From NCBI GenBank assembly GCA_032718475.1, contig JAUCBJ010007042.1, forward strand, positions 50,814-114,813: DNA of 64,000 nucleotides, written 5' to 3'. The notes below the pieces were generated by a model, which did no database searches, was not told the origin of the DNA, and saw only the letters and a list, made by a program, of their open reading frames with translations. A program made the translations under genes and the position numbers. Shown one piece after another: positions 33,847 to 46,700 of this stretch (position 1 is its first letter; the number at the start of each line of letters is the position of its first letter). The DNA comes from Nemertoderma westbladi. Lineage: Eukaryota > Animalia > Xenacoelomorpha.

Positions 33847-34103
33847 AGACAGTAGTGGGGGAAACTTGACGCAAATCCCGTCTTGGCGAATTAATATCCC
33901 GCCTCAATGTTAAATTCTCAATTTAGGGAAAGGAGCAGCGAGCAGGTACAGTAACAGTGACATGTTATTTTAACCAAAACAATAAACTAAATACAATAGA
34001 ACAGGTTACAGTTTTATTTTTGAGAGTAAGCAGCAGTTATTTGCGTCCAATTTCCCCTGGAGAGGGATGAATTATTATTGCGTCCAGTTTCCCCCCTTTT
34101 CTG
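33847..34103. mobile_element. MITE with 9-bp TSD (Mutator-like), copy 2
   Basis: Perfect TSD CGATTTTGG (33838-33846 / 34104-34112); same internal sequence as copy 1. Confidence 0.75.
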
Positions 34104-34255
34104 CGATTTTGGGATACATCCGGGCTAAAAGTCACTATTTAAGAATAAAATAATTGACTTTACAGTACTGAATGCCTATGTAATTAATAATTTATTATAA
34201 ATGAAGCTTCTATTTACTTAATAAACTTAAACATCCCAATTAAACGAGCATCACA

Positions 34256-35092
34256 ATGGCTGTAAAACAGAGCAGCGGAGCCGGCTGTCTAAAAGCTCTT
34301 CTATTCTTCTTTAACTTCGCCTTCTTCCTTCTCGGTTTCGCAATCCTTGGCGTCGGTGTCTGGCTCACCTTAGACGTCGGACGACCTGAAATGCTCCAAC
34401 TATTAAACAGTGCGTTGGTCTCCAACTTAAAGTTTATCCTCATTGCCGTCGGCGGATTCATCACTGTAGTCGGTTTCCTCGGCTGCTGTGGAGCTATCAT
34501 CGAAAACAAGGTGATGCTTCTTATATTCGCGATTATAGTGATTGTGATTCTTGTAATAGAGTTGGTAATTCTTATAGTGGTAGCGGTAAACAGCGATCTA
34601 ATAGAATCGCCCATGAAGGATTACATGAACACAACATTAATAACAGATTACTCACCATCGGATAAACCTACAGACAACACGGCCTGGGATGTAACCCAGT
34701 TATCGTTACAGTGCTGTGGAGTAGAATCTTATACCAACTGGAAGGATTATAACTCTAAGTTCTGGCAGTATAACGAGGCCTCTACTGCTGTCCCTAAACA
34801 CGAATGGCCTCCGAGCTGCTGTCAATTCGACCCGGTTCCTCCAATAGCCGATATTATCTCTGGATCTTGGGTTATTTCCAGCGCTGAACAAACATTGTGT
34901 TACCGGAACCCGCCCCTGGTTAATCAACAAGGTTGTTACACGGCTCTTAAGGACTACATCAACAACCACCTTCTCATTATAGGAGTTATCAGCGGCATTG
35001 TCGGGGCTTTAGAACTTTTAGCTATTGTTTTCTCTATATGTCTGGTAAGATCGTTGAGTCACGCATACATTGGACCAAACAGCAAGGAATGA
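34256..35092 (+). CDS. Tetraspanin family protein (278 aa, single coding exon)
   Basis: Four hydrophobic segments; CLKALLFFFN start, GFLGCCGAI, large loop QCCG, PPSCC, QGC; AATAAA at ~35121 and ~35266. Confidence 0.95.
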   Translation: MAVKQSSGAGCLKALLFFFNFAFFLLGFAILGVGVWLTLDVGRPEMLQLLNSALVSNLKFILIAVGGFITVVGFLGCCGAIIENKVMLLIFAIIVIVILVIELVILIVVAVNSDLIESPMKDYMNTTLITDYSPSDKPTDNTAWDVTQLSLQCCGVESYTNWKDYNSKFWQYNEASTAVPKHEWPPSCCQFDPVPPIADIISGSWVISSAEQTLCYRNPPLVNQQGCYTALKDYINNHLLIIGVISGIVGALELLAIVFSICLVRSLSHAYIGPNSKE

Positions 35093-35959
35093 CTATAATT
35101 TTCTTAACAAATTGATATTTAATAAACTAAAGTTTGTTAATAACTCTAGACTAATGTATTTCTGCTATATTTTTTTCAACTTCCTATTATTTTTGTATTG
35201 TTATTTCCGATTATATTATCTTAAATTATTTGTAGTAAAAGCTTGAGTTACTGAGTTCACCAATTAATAAATAATGATAAAAAAATACATTAAATGCTAA
35301 GGAGTTGTGCAAAAAGAAAGTTTATTCGCTAAGGAGTGGGCTTTCATGCAATATAAATAAAAATTAATCTGTAACGTGTGCTATTGACTTTAGTTTATTG
35401 TTTTGGTTAGAATACCATGCCACTGTTATTGGAAAGTAAATTGAAAAGTATATAAGACAATCACCAAACTTACTTCATAAGAAAAATTACAAATCGACAT
35501 GATTATATTGGCGTTCTATCCCCATAAACTCTTAGTAAATGTGGCCGTATGGAGCTACGTAGCGACCTGTACGCAATGCCATTTTATATAGAATCACCTT
35601 TTTACGAGTAACTTCCCATAATAGTTATAAAGATTTTTTTTACATATAAATAATCCTGAATTACGTATCTTTCTAATATGCTTTCAAACATAAAATTCCG
35701 TTCATTAGAACGCGAGTTGCAAATTTTTTATTCATAACAATAAGAATATTGTTCATCAAATTGATTTTTTATTTTAAGAATTACTAACCAGCCAATGAGA
35801 ACCCTCGGATTCCGAGTTCCTTTGTTTGTCTGCGAGGAAGATTTATTTCATTATTGGTAGGCAGTTCATTCATTGGGGTTAATTTAATCTTCTGAATGTA
35901 AATAAACAGGAGTTGAGTCGGCATTATATATAATTCGATTCCGGGTGACTACAAAATAA

Positions 35960-36960
35960 AGACCCAAATAATAAAGACCTGTACAAAACACATGTGTTAA
36001 CTTTCGTATATTGTTTTGGTTCCTCCAACACGCCTCTGTAACCTTCTCCTTTACTAACCTGCTCGTTTTACATGGTATTGGAACCTAACGCTCTTTGGGA
36101 ACTGTACAAAACAAAGAGGTAAAGTCGCTTTAGGTCCCAAAGAGCGTTAGGTCCCAAAAAGCCTTTGTCAATCAAAAGTCTTTGTAAATGTACGGTCTCA
36201 GGAATTCTTGGCCCGCGAGTATTCTTAGTCCGTGGGTATTCTTAGCCTGCAAAACAATTACCTTTATTGTTTTGGTTCCCCCAATACGCCTCTGAATCCT
36301 ACTCCTTTGCTAACCTGCTCCTTCACTAACTCACGGGCTAAGAATACCCGCGGGCTAAGAATACCCGCGGGCTAAGAATACTCGCGGGCTAAGAATTCAC
36401 CCAACAAATGTACTTGTTCAGAGCTGTGAATTCTACATTTCTTATATATTGAATGTACAGCGCAGCAGGGCATTGGAATTTTTAATCATTGCTTCACGAA
36501 AAAGAAGAAAAGGATTATTGTAATATTTCGTTTTATTCCATATCGTAACATCCAATCTTTTAACACCCTATCTCGTATAATCATGCTTCCCCCATCTCGT
36601 AGCACGTAATGCATTATTGTCAAAAAATGAGCAAAATAAACTTGGTCTCTAATCCGATCTATAGACTCTTGGGTGTCCACAACGAGTACATAGAACAGCA
36701 GATTGGCAATAATAATTTGCTACAAGCGTGCAATAATAAATACAAAAGGGTGAGTACAAAACAAATACACAAGACCCAAAGACATAAGAACTGTACGAAA
36801 CACATGTGATAACTTTCGTTTATTGTTTTGGTTCCCCCAACTATGACTATGTAACCTGCTCCTTTACTAACCTGCTCCGTTAAATGGCAATGAGACCTAA
36901 CGCTACTTTACCTCTTTTTTTGTACGTCCTTGGTCTTAGTTTTGTACTGACCCAGATACA
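35960..36960. mobile_element. Cluster of nested short foldback/MITE-like elements sharing a core
   Basis: Core (T)ATTGTTTTGGTTCC...CTAACCTGCTC recurs at ~36010, ~36265 and ~36820, each between different inverted arms, e.g. 18-bp (GTATTCTTAGCCCGCGG)n arrays inverted at 36200-36250 / 36330-36400. Confidence 0.55.
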
Positions 36961-38344
36961 ACAGCAGAAAACCAGCTTTTTCTACCGCGGTGGGGTCAAA
37001 TGGGTCCAGATCCCTGTCCTGCTACAACGTTATTAACTTCAGCAACTGTATCATAGACCTATTTCCCTTTAACACTTTGCGTACCAACACGGTACGAGTT
37101 CATCACACGTATTGTCATGACACGTACTCGTGTTCATAATTCATGACCATGCTCATAAATGCCGCCATTATATACTGTAATTATAACTTAACCCCCATGG
37201 CGGCAGAGTGCCACCTTTACATATTTAAATGGGAAAGAAGTCGAAATGATGCCGTTCGTGGTGTATCCATATTTTTTAATTCAGGGATAATGACTGTAGA
37301 AAGGGTTTAATGCCACGTTTAACAAAAACAGTTGCTTTACATATATTAACCTGATCCCCAGGGCGGCAGGGTGCCGCCTTTATATAATTATAACCTAACC
37401 CCCAGGGCGGCAGAGTGCCGCCTTTATATATATTATCCTGACCCCAGGGCATTAGCGTGCCGCCTTTATTTAATACCTCTGGTAACTTTCTTATAACTAT
37501 TGGGGCGGAAAAATGGAGTTCATATTCGTGTTGGGCAGGAAAAACTGGTCTAGAAAATTTAATTTAATATTGCTTGAAGGGATTGGTTTGGTTCAATTTG
37601 AATTAAATAGTTTATGCAATTTAATTTAAATTTAGCCAATAATTATGTTACAAATGATTAAGGCTGCAGTAAGCCCCCCGGGGTTCAAATGAAAGATTTA
37701 TATATTTCGAAAATGGTTAAAAGGCAGCAGTGTGCCGCCTTTGAGGGTAGGATAAGTAATAATATGGTTATCCTCTTTATATATAACAATAAAATAAACC
37801 TTGGTACGATCAAATATACTTTCTTGGAAGTAAAAATTTACGTATTTTATCTTTGGTAGGCATAAGGCTACACTTATTTTCTTAAAATTTAATAATAGTT
37901 TGAGAAGGTTCTCGAGAATCCCGTTGCTATATTCGTAAACATGAAGATTGTAATGCTGTGATAGACATAAGAGCATATTGCTTAAAATATATTAAATATA
38001 ATATAAATATATTTATCTGTACAAATTTCTCGCTGCTTATATTGCATATAGTCCTGCAAAATTTCGTAACTATATTTTTTATATCTTATATTTATTTTTT
38101 TCCATTGTTACCAGTAACGTTGTTTTAACAATAACATCTGTTATCAATTAAAGCGGTATCAAGCCTCACACTGTTCATGTAGGAATAAGCAATCAAAGTG
38201 TAATCCATGTACCCCTTTCGATATCGCTTTAGTAATGCACTGATTCTTAATAATAAATATAGGCCTACAATTATTTCTTATATTTAATAAACTGTAATTT
38301 TATTAGGAAGAACTTTCACCTTACTGCAATATAGTATACTTCTG

Positions 38345-38475
38345 ATCCCGGTAACAGAAGTCGTCCACATGCTCAAGCATACCATCCTTTGAGCTTCTGC
38401 TCATCCGGCCAGAGACTTGCTGAGGACTTTCAAAGTTAACTGTCAAAATTGTGGGCTTTTTGGAGTTAATAAAAA
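38345..38475 (-). pseudogene. Short fragment of the same LINE family as 31280-32866
   Basis: Peptide INSKK..ILTVNFESPQQVSGRMS..SKDGMLEHVDDFCY matches 32190-32305. Confidence 0.85.
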
Positions 38476-39069
38476 TCATCCTGACATGGATGGCTCTATA
38501 CCTACAATAAGTCGTTGTAAAAACGGGCATAAATTTTAGCGAATTACTGTAAATTCCAATATATTGATCGGTAAGCACTCTATTGTCGTTACTCTATGTT
38601 TGTTGCTACAGATTTGCACAAAGTCATAGAGATTGCAACCTGCGATAATAATTTACGATTATTAAAATGGAACTCCCTCAGTTTCCTACAGTAATACAGT
38701 ACATTCAGTTATAGTGCGCTCAGTACACGCATAGACTCACAGGTGTGTCTGAGTCGTTTAGCTCATATGGTTGTTTATACTGCACATTCAAATCAATCGT
38801 TCAACATTATAGTTTTTATTGCCCGTGCAGGATACTGTATATACATAACGGTTAATTCGTTTAATACACTCACACGTATCTGCTACATTTTGTGAAAATA
38901 TTTTTTTTACCGAAAAGTTTCTCTAAATTTTCAAATACGAAAATAAGTTGAGGTACTGTATAACTATTTATTAATAAATTTTGTTAAATTTTTGTTAAAT
39001 TGAGGCAAATAAAGTGCTTTATATCACGCGAATCCAGTGGTGTACAATATACCAGCATTTAGGTTATTG

Positions 39070-39334
39070 AATGGGAGAATCTTTTAGGCTAGTTAAGCCA
39101 GGGAATGCCTGTTCACCACCATGGGTGATCTTCCACAGTAAACCCTTCCACTCTGTTTCCCAAGTTGCCTTGGTTCCCATTTATCGACCACTGAAGGATG
39201 AAAGCCGGGGTTGGGCTAGGCTGCAGCATTTAAAGCACTGTGCCCAAACAGTGCTGCCCCATTTAGGGATCGAACCCGGGCTCCCTAATCGGAAGCACAG
39301 TAATGTCACCACTAGACCAAGCTGCTGCTTGGGT
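39070..39334 (-). mobile_element. tRNA-derived SINE with Nin/Deu-like central domain
   Basis: A box TGGTCTAGTGG, B box GGTTCGATCCC; central GCTTTCATCCTTCAGTGGTCGATAAATGGGAACC; 13-bp TSD ATTTAGGTTATTG (39057-39069 / 39335-39347). Confidence 0.8.
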
Positions 39335-39709
39335 ATTTAGGTTATTGTACGTCGAATTGCTTATTCATCATCTGTAGACCTTTGTAAGTTACTTATCATC
39401 AAACACAAAGCGACCATCAGACAATCCTATGAGGTTTAGCTACTTTAGTGTTCCGAATTGTGTTCGGTGAAACAGTTAGTTGCCATGTTTAGGTTAGCCG
39501 ATACGTGCCTGGTTCGCGATTATGTTCGGTTTTTATTTCAAGTGGTTTGACATTATTGGCTTGACGACTGGACGAGTTTTCGTCATTCCGTTAACACTAC
39601 CGGAATCTGTGGCCTACCGGTAACTGTTTTAGATTGTTTGATGATCTGGTGTATGTTGATTAGAGCTGTAGGATTACATTGTAATGCACTTGTGCTTTAG
39701 GCCTATACT

Positions 39710-39951
39710 AAAAAGTAAAGTAAAAGTAAAGTTTTGTCTAGCCTTCAGTCCAAGGTTTATGCACAAAAACTGGTACTATTTCATCAACCAATTGAGGTTG
39801 ATATCCAAGGCAGAAACTCGCCCAGCTTAGACCCTGTAAAGCATTCTAGCAAAAACGATAACTCAGGATTCCCAAGCAGGGATCGAACCTACGACCAACG
39901 CACTGATGTGAACTCAAGGTTACGGATTTACCTACTATACCAAAGTGGGAC
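39710..39951 (-). mobile_element. Second tRNA-derived SINE
   Basis: A box TGGTATAGTAGG, B box GGTTCGATCCC, (CTTTA)n tail. Confidence 0.7.
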
Positions 39952-39960
39952 TTAAATAAT

Positions 39961-40260
39961 TTACTACTACTATTATTATAATCGGTCTGATGCATAGACC
40001 CATGGAGGTCTATGTCATCTCTACAAAAACTTGAGCCACCATTATGTAATCCATAATAGGCAGGCTGTAGAGCAGCGTGCATTAAGAATACTACTGTATA
40101 TCGGTTTCTCAACAAAATTAGGCTCCACAACTCCTTATCCCCCATGACTTTCGCGAGATTATCCTAAACTTCAAGGCCAGTGTCTGCTTGGATGTGTGCA
40201 TGATTGTACGTGACACTAGTACTTTTCTACTGGTATTTAATAAGTGCATTACTACATAAT
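39961..40260 (-). mobile_element. 3' end fragment of a LINE related to 31280-32866
   Basis: ATGGGGGATAAGGAGTTGTGG...AATTTTGTTGAGAAACCG resembles 32762-32807; ends CCGAT followed by a (TAA/TAG)n tail. Confidence 0.6.
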
Positions 40261-40498
40261 TTCCTTCACTTAATTACCTTCATACTGCACACTACTGTAC
40301 ATATTTTATAAGTAGTGTGTGGATAATACTGCTCTTTTCTCACTAACACTTTTGCAGACTTTTTATTTCTCCGTAATATAAAGGCCAGTAATACTGTATA
40401 TCCCGCACTTTCCCCCGCAATTAGGTATAGGTGGAGCTCCACCCAACTCAGACGCATCACGCGAGTCCGTAACGCTGGTTCGTCATGTGGACACGTCG

Positions 40499-42487
40499 CG
40501 CGTTAGGTGGACGCGTTAGTCGAACGCGTTAGGTGGACGCGTTAGTCGAACGCGTTAGGTGGACGTGTTAGTCGAACGGGTTAGGTGGACGCGTTAGTCG
40601 AACGCGTTAGGTGGACGCGTTAGTCGAACGGGTTAGTCGAACGGGTTAGGTGGATGCGTTAGTCGAACGCGTTAGGTGGACGCGTTAGTCGAACGCGTTA
40701 GGTGGACGCGTTAGTCGAACGCGTTAGGTGGACGCGTTAGTCGAACGGGTTAGGTGGACGCGTTAGTCGAACGCGTTAGGTGGACGCGTTAGTCGAACGG
40801 GTTAGTCGAACGGGTTAGGTGGACGCGTTAGTCGAACGCGTTAGGTGGACGCGTTAGTCGAACGGGTTAGTCGAACGGGATAGGTGGACGCGTTAGTCGA
40901 ACGCATTAGGTGGACGCATTAGTCAAACGGGTTAGGTGAATGCGTTAGTCGAACGGGTTAGTCGAACGGGTTAGGTGGACGCGTTAGTCGAACGCATTAG
41001 GTGGACGCGTTAGTCGAATGGGTTAGGTGGACGCATTAGTCGAGCGCGTTAGGTGGATGCGTTAGTCGAACGGGTTAGGTGGACGCGTTAGTCGAACGCG
41101 TTAGGTGGATGCGTTAGTCGAACGGGTTAGGTGAACGCGTTATAGTCGAACGGGTTAGTCGAACGAGTTAGGTGGACGCGTTAGTCGAACGGGTTAGGTG
41201 GAAGCGCTAGTCGAACGCGTTAGGTGGATGCGTTAGTCGAACGGGTTAGGTGGACGCGTTAGTCGAACGCGTTAGGTGGATGCGTTAGTCGAACGGGTTA
41301 GGTGGACGCGTTAGTCGAACGCGTTAGGTGGATGCGTTAGTCGAACGGGTTAGGTGAACGCGTTAGTCAAACGGGTTAGTCGAACGGGTTAGTCGAACGG
41401 GATAGGTGGACGCGTTAGTCGAACGCATTAGGTGGACGCATTAGTCAAACGGGTTAGGTGAATGCGTTAGTCGAACGGGTTAGTCGAACGGGTTAGGTGG
41501 ATGCGTTAGTCGAACGCATTAGGTGGACGCGTTAGTCGAATGGGTTAGGTGGACGCATTAGTCGAGCGCGTTAGGTGGATGCGTTAGTCGAACGGGTTAG
41601 GTGGACGCGTTAGTTGAACGCGTTAGGTGGATGCGTTAGTCGAACGGGTTAGGTGAACGCGTTATAGTCGAATGGGTTAGTCGAACGAGTTAGGTGGACG
41701 CGTTAGTCGAACGGGTTAGGTGGAAGCGCTAGTCGAACGCGTTAGGTGGATGCGTTAGTCGAACGGGTTAGGTGGACGCGTTAGTCGAACGCGTTAGGTG
41801 GATGCGTTAGTCGAACGGGTTAGGTGGACGCGTTAGTCGAACGCGTTAGGTGGATGCGTTAGTCGAACGGGTTAGGTGAACGCGTTAGTCAAACGGGTTA
41901 GTCGAACGGGTTAGTCGAACGGGTTAGGTGGACACGTTAGTCGAACGCGTTAGGTGGATGCGTTAGTCGAACGGGTTAGGTGAACGCGTTAGTCAAACGG
42001 GTTAGTCGAACGGGTTAGTCGAACGGGTTAGGTGGACGCATTAGTCGAACGCATTAGGTGGATGCGTTAGTCGAACGGGTTAGGTGGACGCGTTAGTCGA
42101 ACGCGTTAGGTGGATGCGTTAGTCGAACGGGTTAGGTGAACGCGTTAGTCAAACGGGTTAGTCGAACGGGTTAGTCGAACGGGTTAGGTGGACGCATTAG
42201 TCGAACGCGTTAGGTGGACGCGTTAGTCAAACGGGTTAGGTGAACGCATTAGTCAAACGGGTTAGTCGAACGGGTTAGTCGAACGGGTTAGGTGGACGCG
42301 TTAGTCGAACGCGTTAGGTGGATGCGTTAGTCGAACGGGTTAGGTGAACGCGTTAGTCAAACGGGTTAGTCGAACGGGTTAGTCGAACGGGTTAGGTGGA
42401 CGCATTAGTCGAACGCGTTAGGTGGACGCGTTAGTCAAACGGGTTAGGTGAACGCGTTAGTCGAACGGGTTAGGTGGACGCGTTAGT
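40499..42487. repeat. ~2-kb satellite of alternating 13-bp monomers
   Basis: GTTAGGTGGACGC alternates with GTTAGTCGAAC(GC/GG); variant blocks are duplicated at higher order (e.g. ~40860-41390 recurs at ~41390-41920). Confidence 0.95.
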
Positions 42488-42514
42488 AATTGGATAAAGA
42501 ACTCCCAGACTAAA

Positions 42515-42625
42515 TAGTAACCATAGTTAGTGCATAGTAACCATAGTTACTGCATAGTAACCATAGTTACCACATAATAACCATAGTTACCACATAGTAA
42601 CCATAGTTACTACTAGTAACTACAT
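42515..42625. repeat. 20-bp tandem repeat
   Basis: (CATAGTAACCATAGTTACNN) about 5 copies; quasi-palindromic GTAAC-CATA-GTTAC. Confidence 0.8.
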
Positions 42626-43038
42626 AGTGGTAGCCTAATAGTAAATAATAAAACCGCGATTATTTATTTATTTATTCTTTATTCCAGAAAATTAATTCCA
42701 TAAAATATACATTAATATTAAAATACATACGACCGGTAATAATTAGCACAACGATATTGTTATTATTATATACTTAATTTGCACTGTAATAGACTAGGAA
42801 AAATTTGTGAATCAGTTCTAGAATGACGGATATACACAAGAATATCATTGTTTGACATATCAATCCTTAATCCTTAATCGATTAAAATAGATTATTGTGT
42901 AATGTTGTGAGAAAGCGTGTAATTCTGATTCAAATAGGATTCATTTGAAAATTTAGATTTTTCCGACTATTTCGACTACCTCTTATAAATTGTATTGTTT
43001 TTAAGTATTGTTTGGTTAAACATAACGTTTCTGTCAAA

Positions 43039-43579
43039 ATGTTGAAACTATTGGTATTTGCAACATTTGTAGTAGTTGGGTTCAGTTTGAGGTGCAACGA
43101 GTCACTTCAAGATGGAGGTACCAAAGTTAAAGAAGATTGCGCTTTTTGTATGGTATGTTGTCACAGTGCATGTTTTTAGCATATAAGCGTTACACATACA
43201 GTAGTTGCCACAAAGAAGGAGTAAGGTTCAATGTAGCGGTGCCATTAAATAAGTTTAGTCTATATGGTAATCCTACCCGTAATTAAACTTGCCAATTCCA
43301 GCCAGATAGCCTCGTAACATATAAGCTAAATAAACATGTTTGATTACAGTACATTTGTGTTAAACCTTTTTATTTTATGTTAAAATTAAAATAATAAATG
43401 TATTATTCTTATTTCAGACTTTAAACATGAAAGATATAACACTGAAAGAATGTGTAAAAGAAGAGGGTGCAGTAGTGACAGATGTTCAACTATTTTGCGA
43501 CAAAGCAGAAGAACAAATATGTAAGAAAGATGGCGAAAACTGCGAAATAATTTGCTGTACTGAAGACCTTTGCAACTAA
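43039..43579 (+). CDS. Secreted Ly6/uPAR (three-finger fold) protein, 91 aa; exons 43039-43152 and 43418-43579
   Basis: MLKLLVFATFVVVGFS-LRCNESLQDGGTKVKEDCAFCM | TLNMKDITLKECVKEEGAVVTDVQLFCDKAEEQICKKDGENCEIICCTEDLCN*; phase-0 intron GTATGT...TTCTTATTTCAG; 10 Cys; AATAAA at the stop. Confidence 0.88.
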
Positions 43580-43662
43580 ATAAATAATTATTTTAACTGA
43601 ACTCTGTTCGCATGAGTACCGGTACTACTTGTGATAGGTGATGGATTTGTAAAGGAAAATAA

Positions 43663-43687
43663 TCTATCTATATATATAAATATCATG

Positions 43688-43722
<35 letters not shown>

Positions 43723-46700
43723 TTGTCTGTCCAAGCTATACGTTTCTACACACAAGCACCAATCGGAGCTCGCGATACATCGAACGAAAGCTCTCGTCAC
43801 GAGCACGTGCACTGTCGCTATCTCGAGTGTTATTTTACGCGTTTGTTTACGTGAATGCAGATTTCGTGAATTTGGTACCGGTAGCGCAGTAGGCCTAGCA
43901 GTTCATTCTGTAGGAAACTCTATAACAGCGGTTGCACCATCAGACTCAATCTGTTCTAAATGATACTTTGCAGATACGTTCCTGACCATAGACTGTGTGT
44001 TTGGGAAGACACTGATCAATCTGCAGTTCTCCAGTCTGCCGCTAGGGGGCGAAATGTCAGAAACTGAAAACCTTCTCCCATTTCGTTATTATTAATGCCT
44101 TTTAGCTGATACGTGGCAGAGGTCTACTACATCATAGGCTGTGTGTTTTCGGAGGATGCTGACCAATCTGCAATTCCCCAGTCTGCCGCTAGGGGGAGCA
44201 ATATCTGAAAGTGAAAACCTTATCCCATTTCGTTGTTTATAATGCTTTTTTGCTGATACTTGGCAGAAGTCGACTACACCATAGACTGCGTGTTTGTAGA
44301 GAACTCTGAATAATCTGAAATTCACCTGTCTGCCGGTAGGGGGCGCAATGTCTGAAAGTGAAAACCTTCACCCATTTCGTTGTTTATACTGCTTTTTTGC
44401 TGATACTTGGCAGAGGTCTACTACACCAAGACTGCGTGTTTGGGGAAGAGCTAGAACCAGTCTGCATTTCTCCAGTCTACCGCTAGGGGGCCAAATGTCT
44501 GAAAGTGAAAACCTTATCCCATTTCGTTATTAATAATGCTTTTAGGCTGACACTTGGCAGATTTGTATTACACCATAGGGTGTGTGTCTAGGTAAGACGC
44601 CGAACAAACTGCAGTTCTCCATTTGGCCGCTAGGGGGCGAAATGTCTGAACGTGAAAACCTTATCCCGTTTCGTTGTTTCTAATGTTTTTAGGCTGATAC
44701 TTGTCAGAGGTCTACTACATCAAAGACTGCGTGTTTGTGGAGAACTAAGACCAATTTGCAATAGCTCTGTCTGCCGCTAGGGGGCGCAATGTCTGAAAGT
44801 GAAAACATTTATGCATTTCATTGTTTATAATGCTTTTTTGCTGATACTCGACAGAGGTCTACTACACCATAGACTGTGTGTTTGGGGAGGAGTTAGAACC
44901 AGTCTGCATTTATCCAGTCTACCGCTTGGGGGCCAAATGTCTGAAGGTGAAAACCTTATCCCATTTCGTTATTAATATGCTTTCAGGCTGACACTTGCCA
45001 GATGTGTAATACACCATAGGGTGTGTGTCTAGGTAAGACGCCGAACAAACTGCAGTTCTCCATTCGGCCGCTAGGGGCCGAAATGTCTGAAAGTGAAAAC
45101 CTTATCCCGTTTCGTTGTTTCTAATGCTTTTAGGCTGATAATTGTCAGAGGTCTACTACACCATAGACTGCGTGTTTGTGGAAAACTCTGACCAATCTGC
45201 AATTTCTCAGTCTGCCGCTAGAGGGTGAAATGTCTCAAGTAAAATCCTTCTCCCATTTCGTTGTTTCTAATGCTTTTTTGCTTATACTTAGGAAAGGTAT
45301 GCTTGACCATAGGCTGTTTGTATGGGGAGGACGCTAACCAGTCTCCGGATTTCCAGTCTACTGCTAGGGTGCGAAATATCTGAATCTGAAAAGTAAAAAC
45401 ATTCTCACATTTATTTATTAAAAATGCTTTTACGCTTATAATTGTCAGAGGTCTACTGTACTACATCATAAGGCTGCATCTATGTGAAGGATGTTGACCA
45501 GTGCAGATATCTGAAAAAGTAAAACAGCATCAGTCTTTTCTTTGAGAGAACATTCTCAATCATATGAAGTTTTGTTAAGTTAATTAATTAATTCATGTTT
45601 GGAATGGTGAATAGGCTTGTGAACTAGAAAGCCGTGGCCCGAAGGGCCACTGGCTTTCTAGTCTAATATATATAAATATCGATTGTCTGTCTGTCTGTCT
45701 GTCTGTCTGTGTGTTTGTCATCGGCTATACAATCGAACCCATCTCGATGAAATCTCGCTTGCTATAGCTCGTTAGAAAGGTCTCGCTCTAACTCGTTGCA
45801 ACGTAATACTCAGAGTCGTCTGAAGTTCACCCGTCTGCCGCTAGAGGGCGATTTTCGTGATTTTCGGGCGAAATTTATCGAATTATTTCGGTTCTTCTAT
45901 CGGTAATTAATGATTTAGAGGGCTAACATTTATCCCATCTGGTATAAAATTAACATGGGTAGATTCGCCGTGTCCCATTCTCACAAAGTTTTTATTTTAT
46001 TCGAGTGTTTAATATAAATATGTATGATTATTTATTGATTAAAAATCAAATAGTGTATAAATATGTCATATTCGCCAAGCACGATCGAATTGGCCTATGC
46101 TGTATTATGCTGTAGTGAATAGGGAAGGATTTTTTTCTGTATCATAGCAACGTTAAGGTAATTATTGAAATCGCAGCTAGCTGGGCACAGATAAGGAGCA
46201 AGCCAGGCTGTAGTGTTGATTGGGGTGGGTTTGGGTTGTCTGTTGCGAACTGCTCAAGTGTAATTCTGCTTTCTCAATCATTGGCTGCATGGAAGGAGAG
46301 GTTTATAACATTTTTGTTTTACTGTTATGAATATTAAAAGTAAAATAATTATTTCTGTAGGCCTATACTTACTGTATTATTATTTTATCTAATATATTAT
46401 ACATCTAATCTCGATGAAATCTCGCTTACTATAGCTCGTTAGATAGCTCGCAACGTAATACTCAGAGCCGTCTGAAGTTCCCCCATCAGCCGCTAGAGGG
46501 CGAATTGTCCGATAGTGAAAACCTGATCTCATTGGGTTGTTTTTAATGCTTTTGAGCTGAAACTTGGTAGCTATATACTGCAGCATAGGCTGTATATTTC
46601 CGGAGTCACTGAGTTGTCTACAGTTCTCCAGTCTAACGTTAGAGGGCTAAATGTCTGAGAGTTAACATCTTCTCCAACTTTGTTATTTATAATTCATTTA

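Noticed and set aside
39250-39951. tRNA genes
   Set aside because: A and B boxes are present but there is no full cloverleaf; SINE bodies, tails and a TSD follow.
40499-42487. True telomere or interstitial telomeric array
   Set aside because: TTAGG is never tandem; it is embedded in 13-bp monomers.
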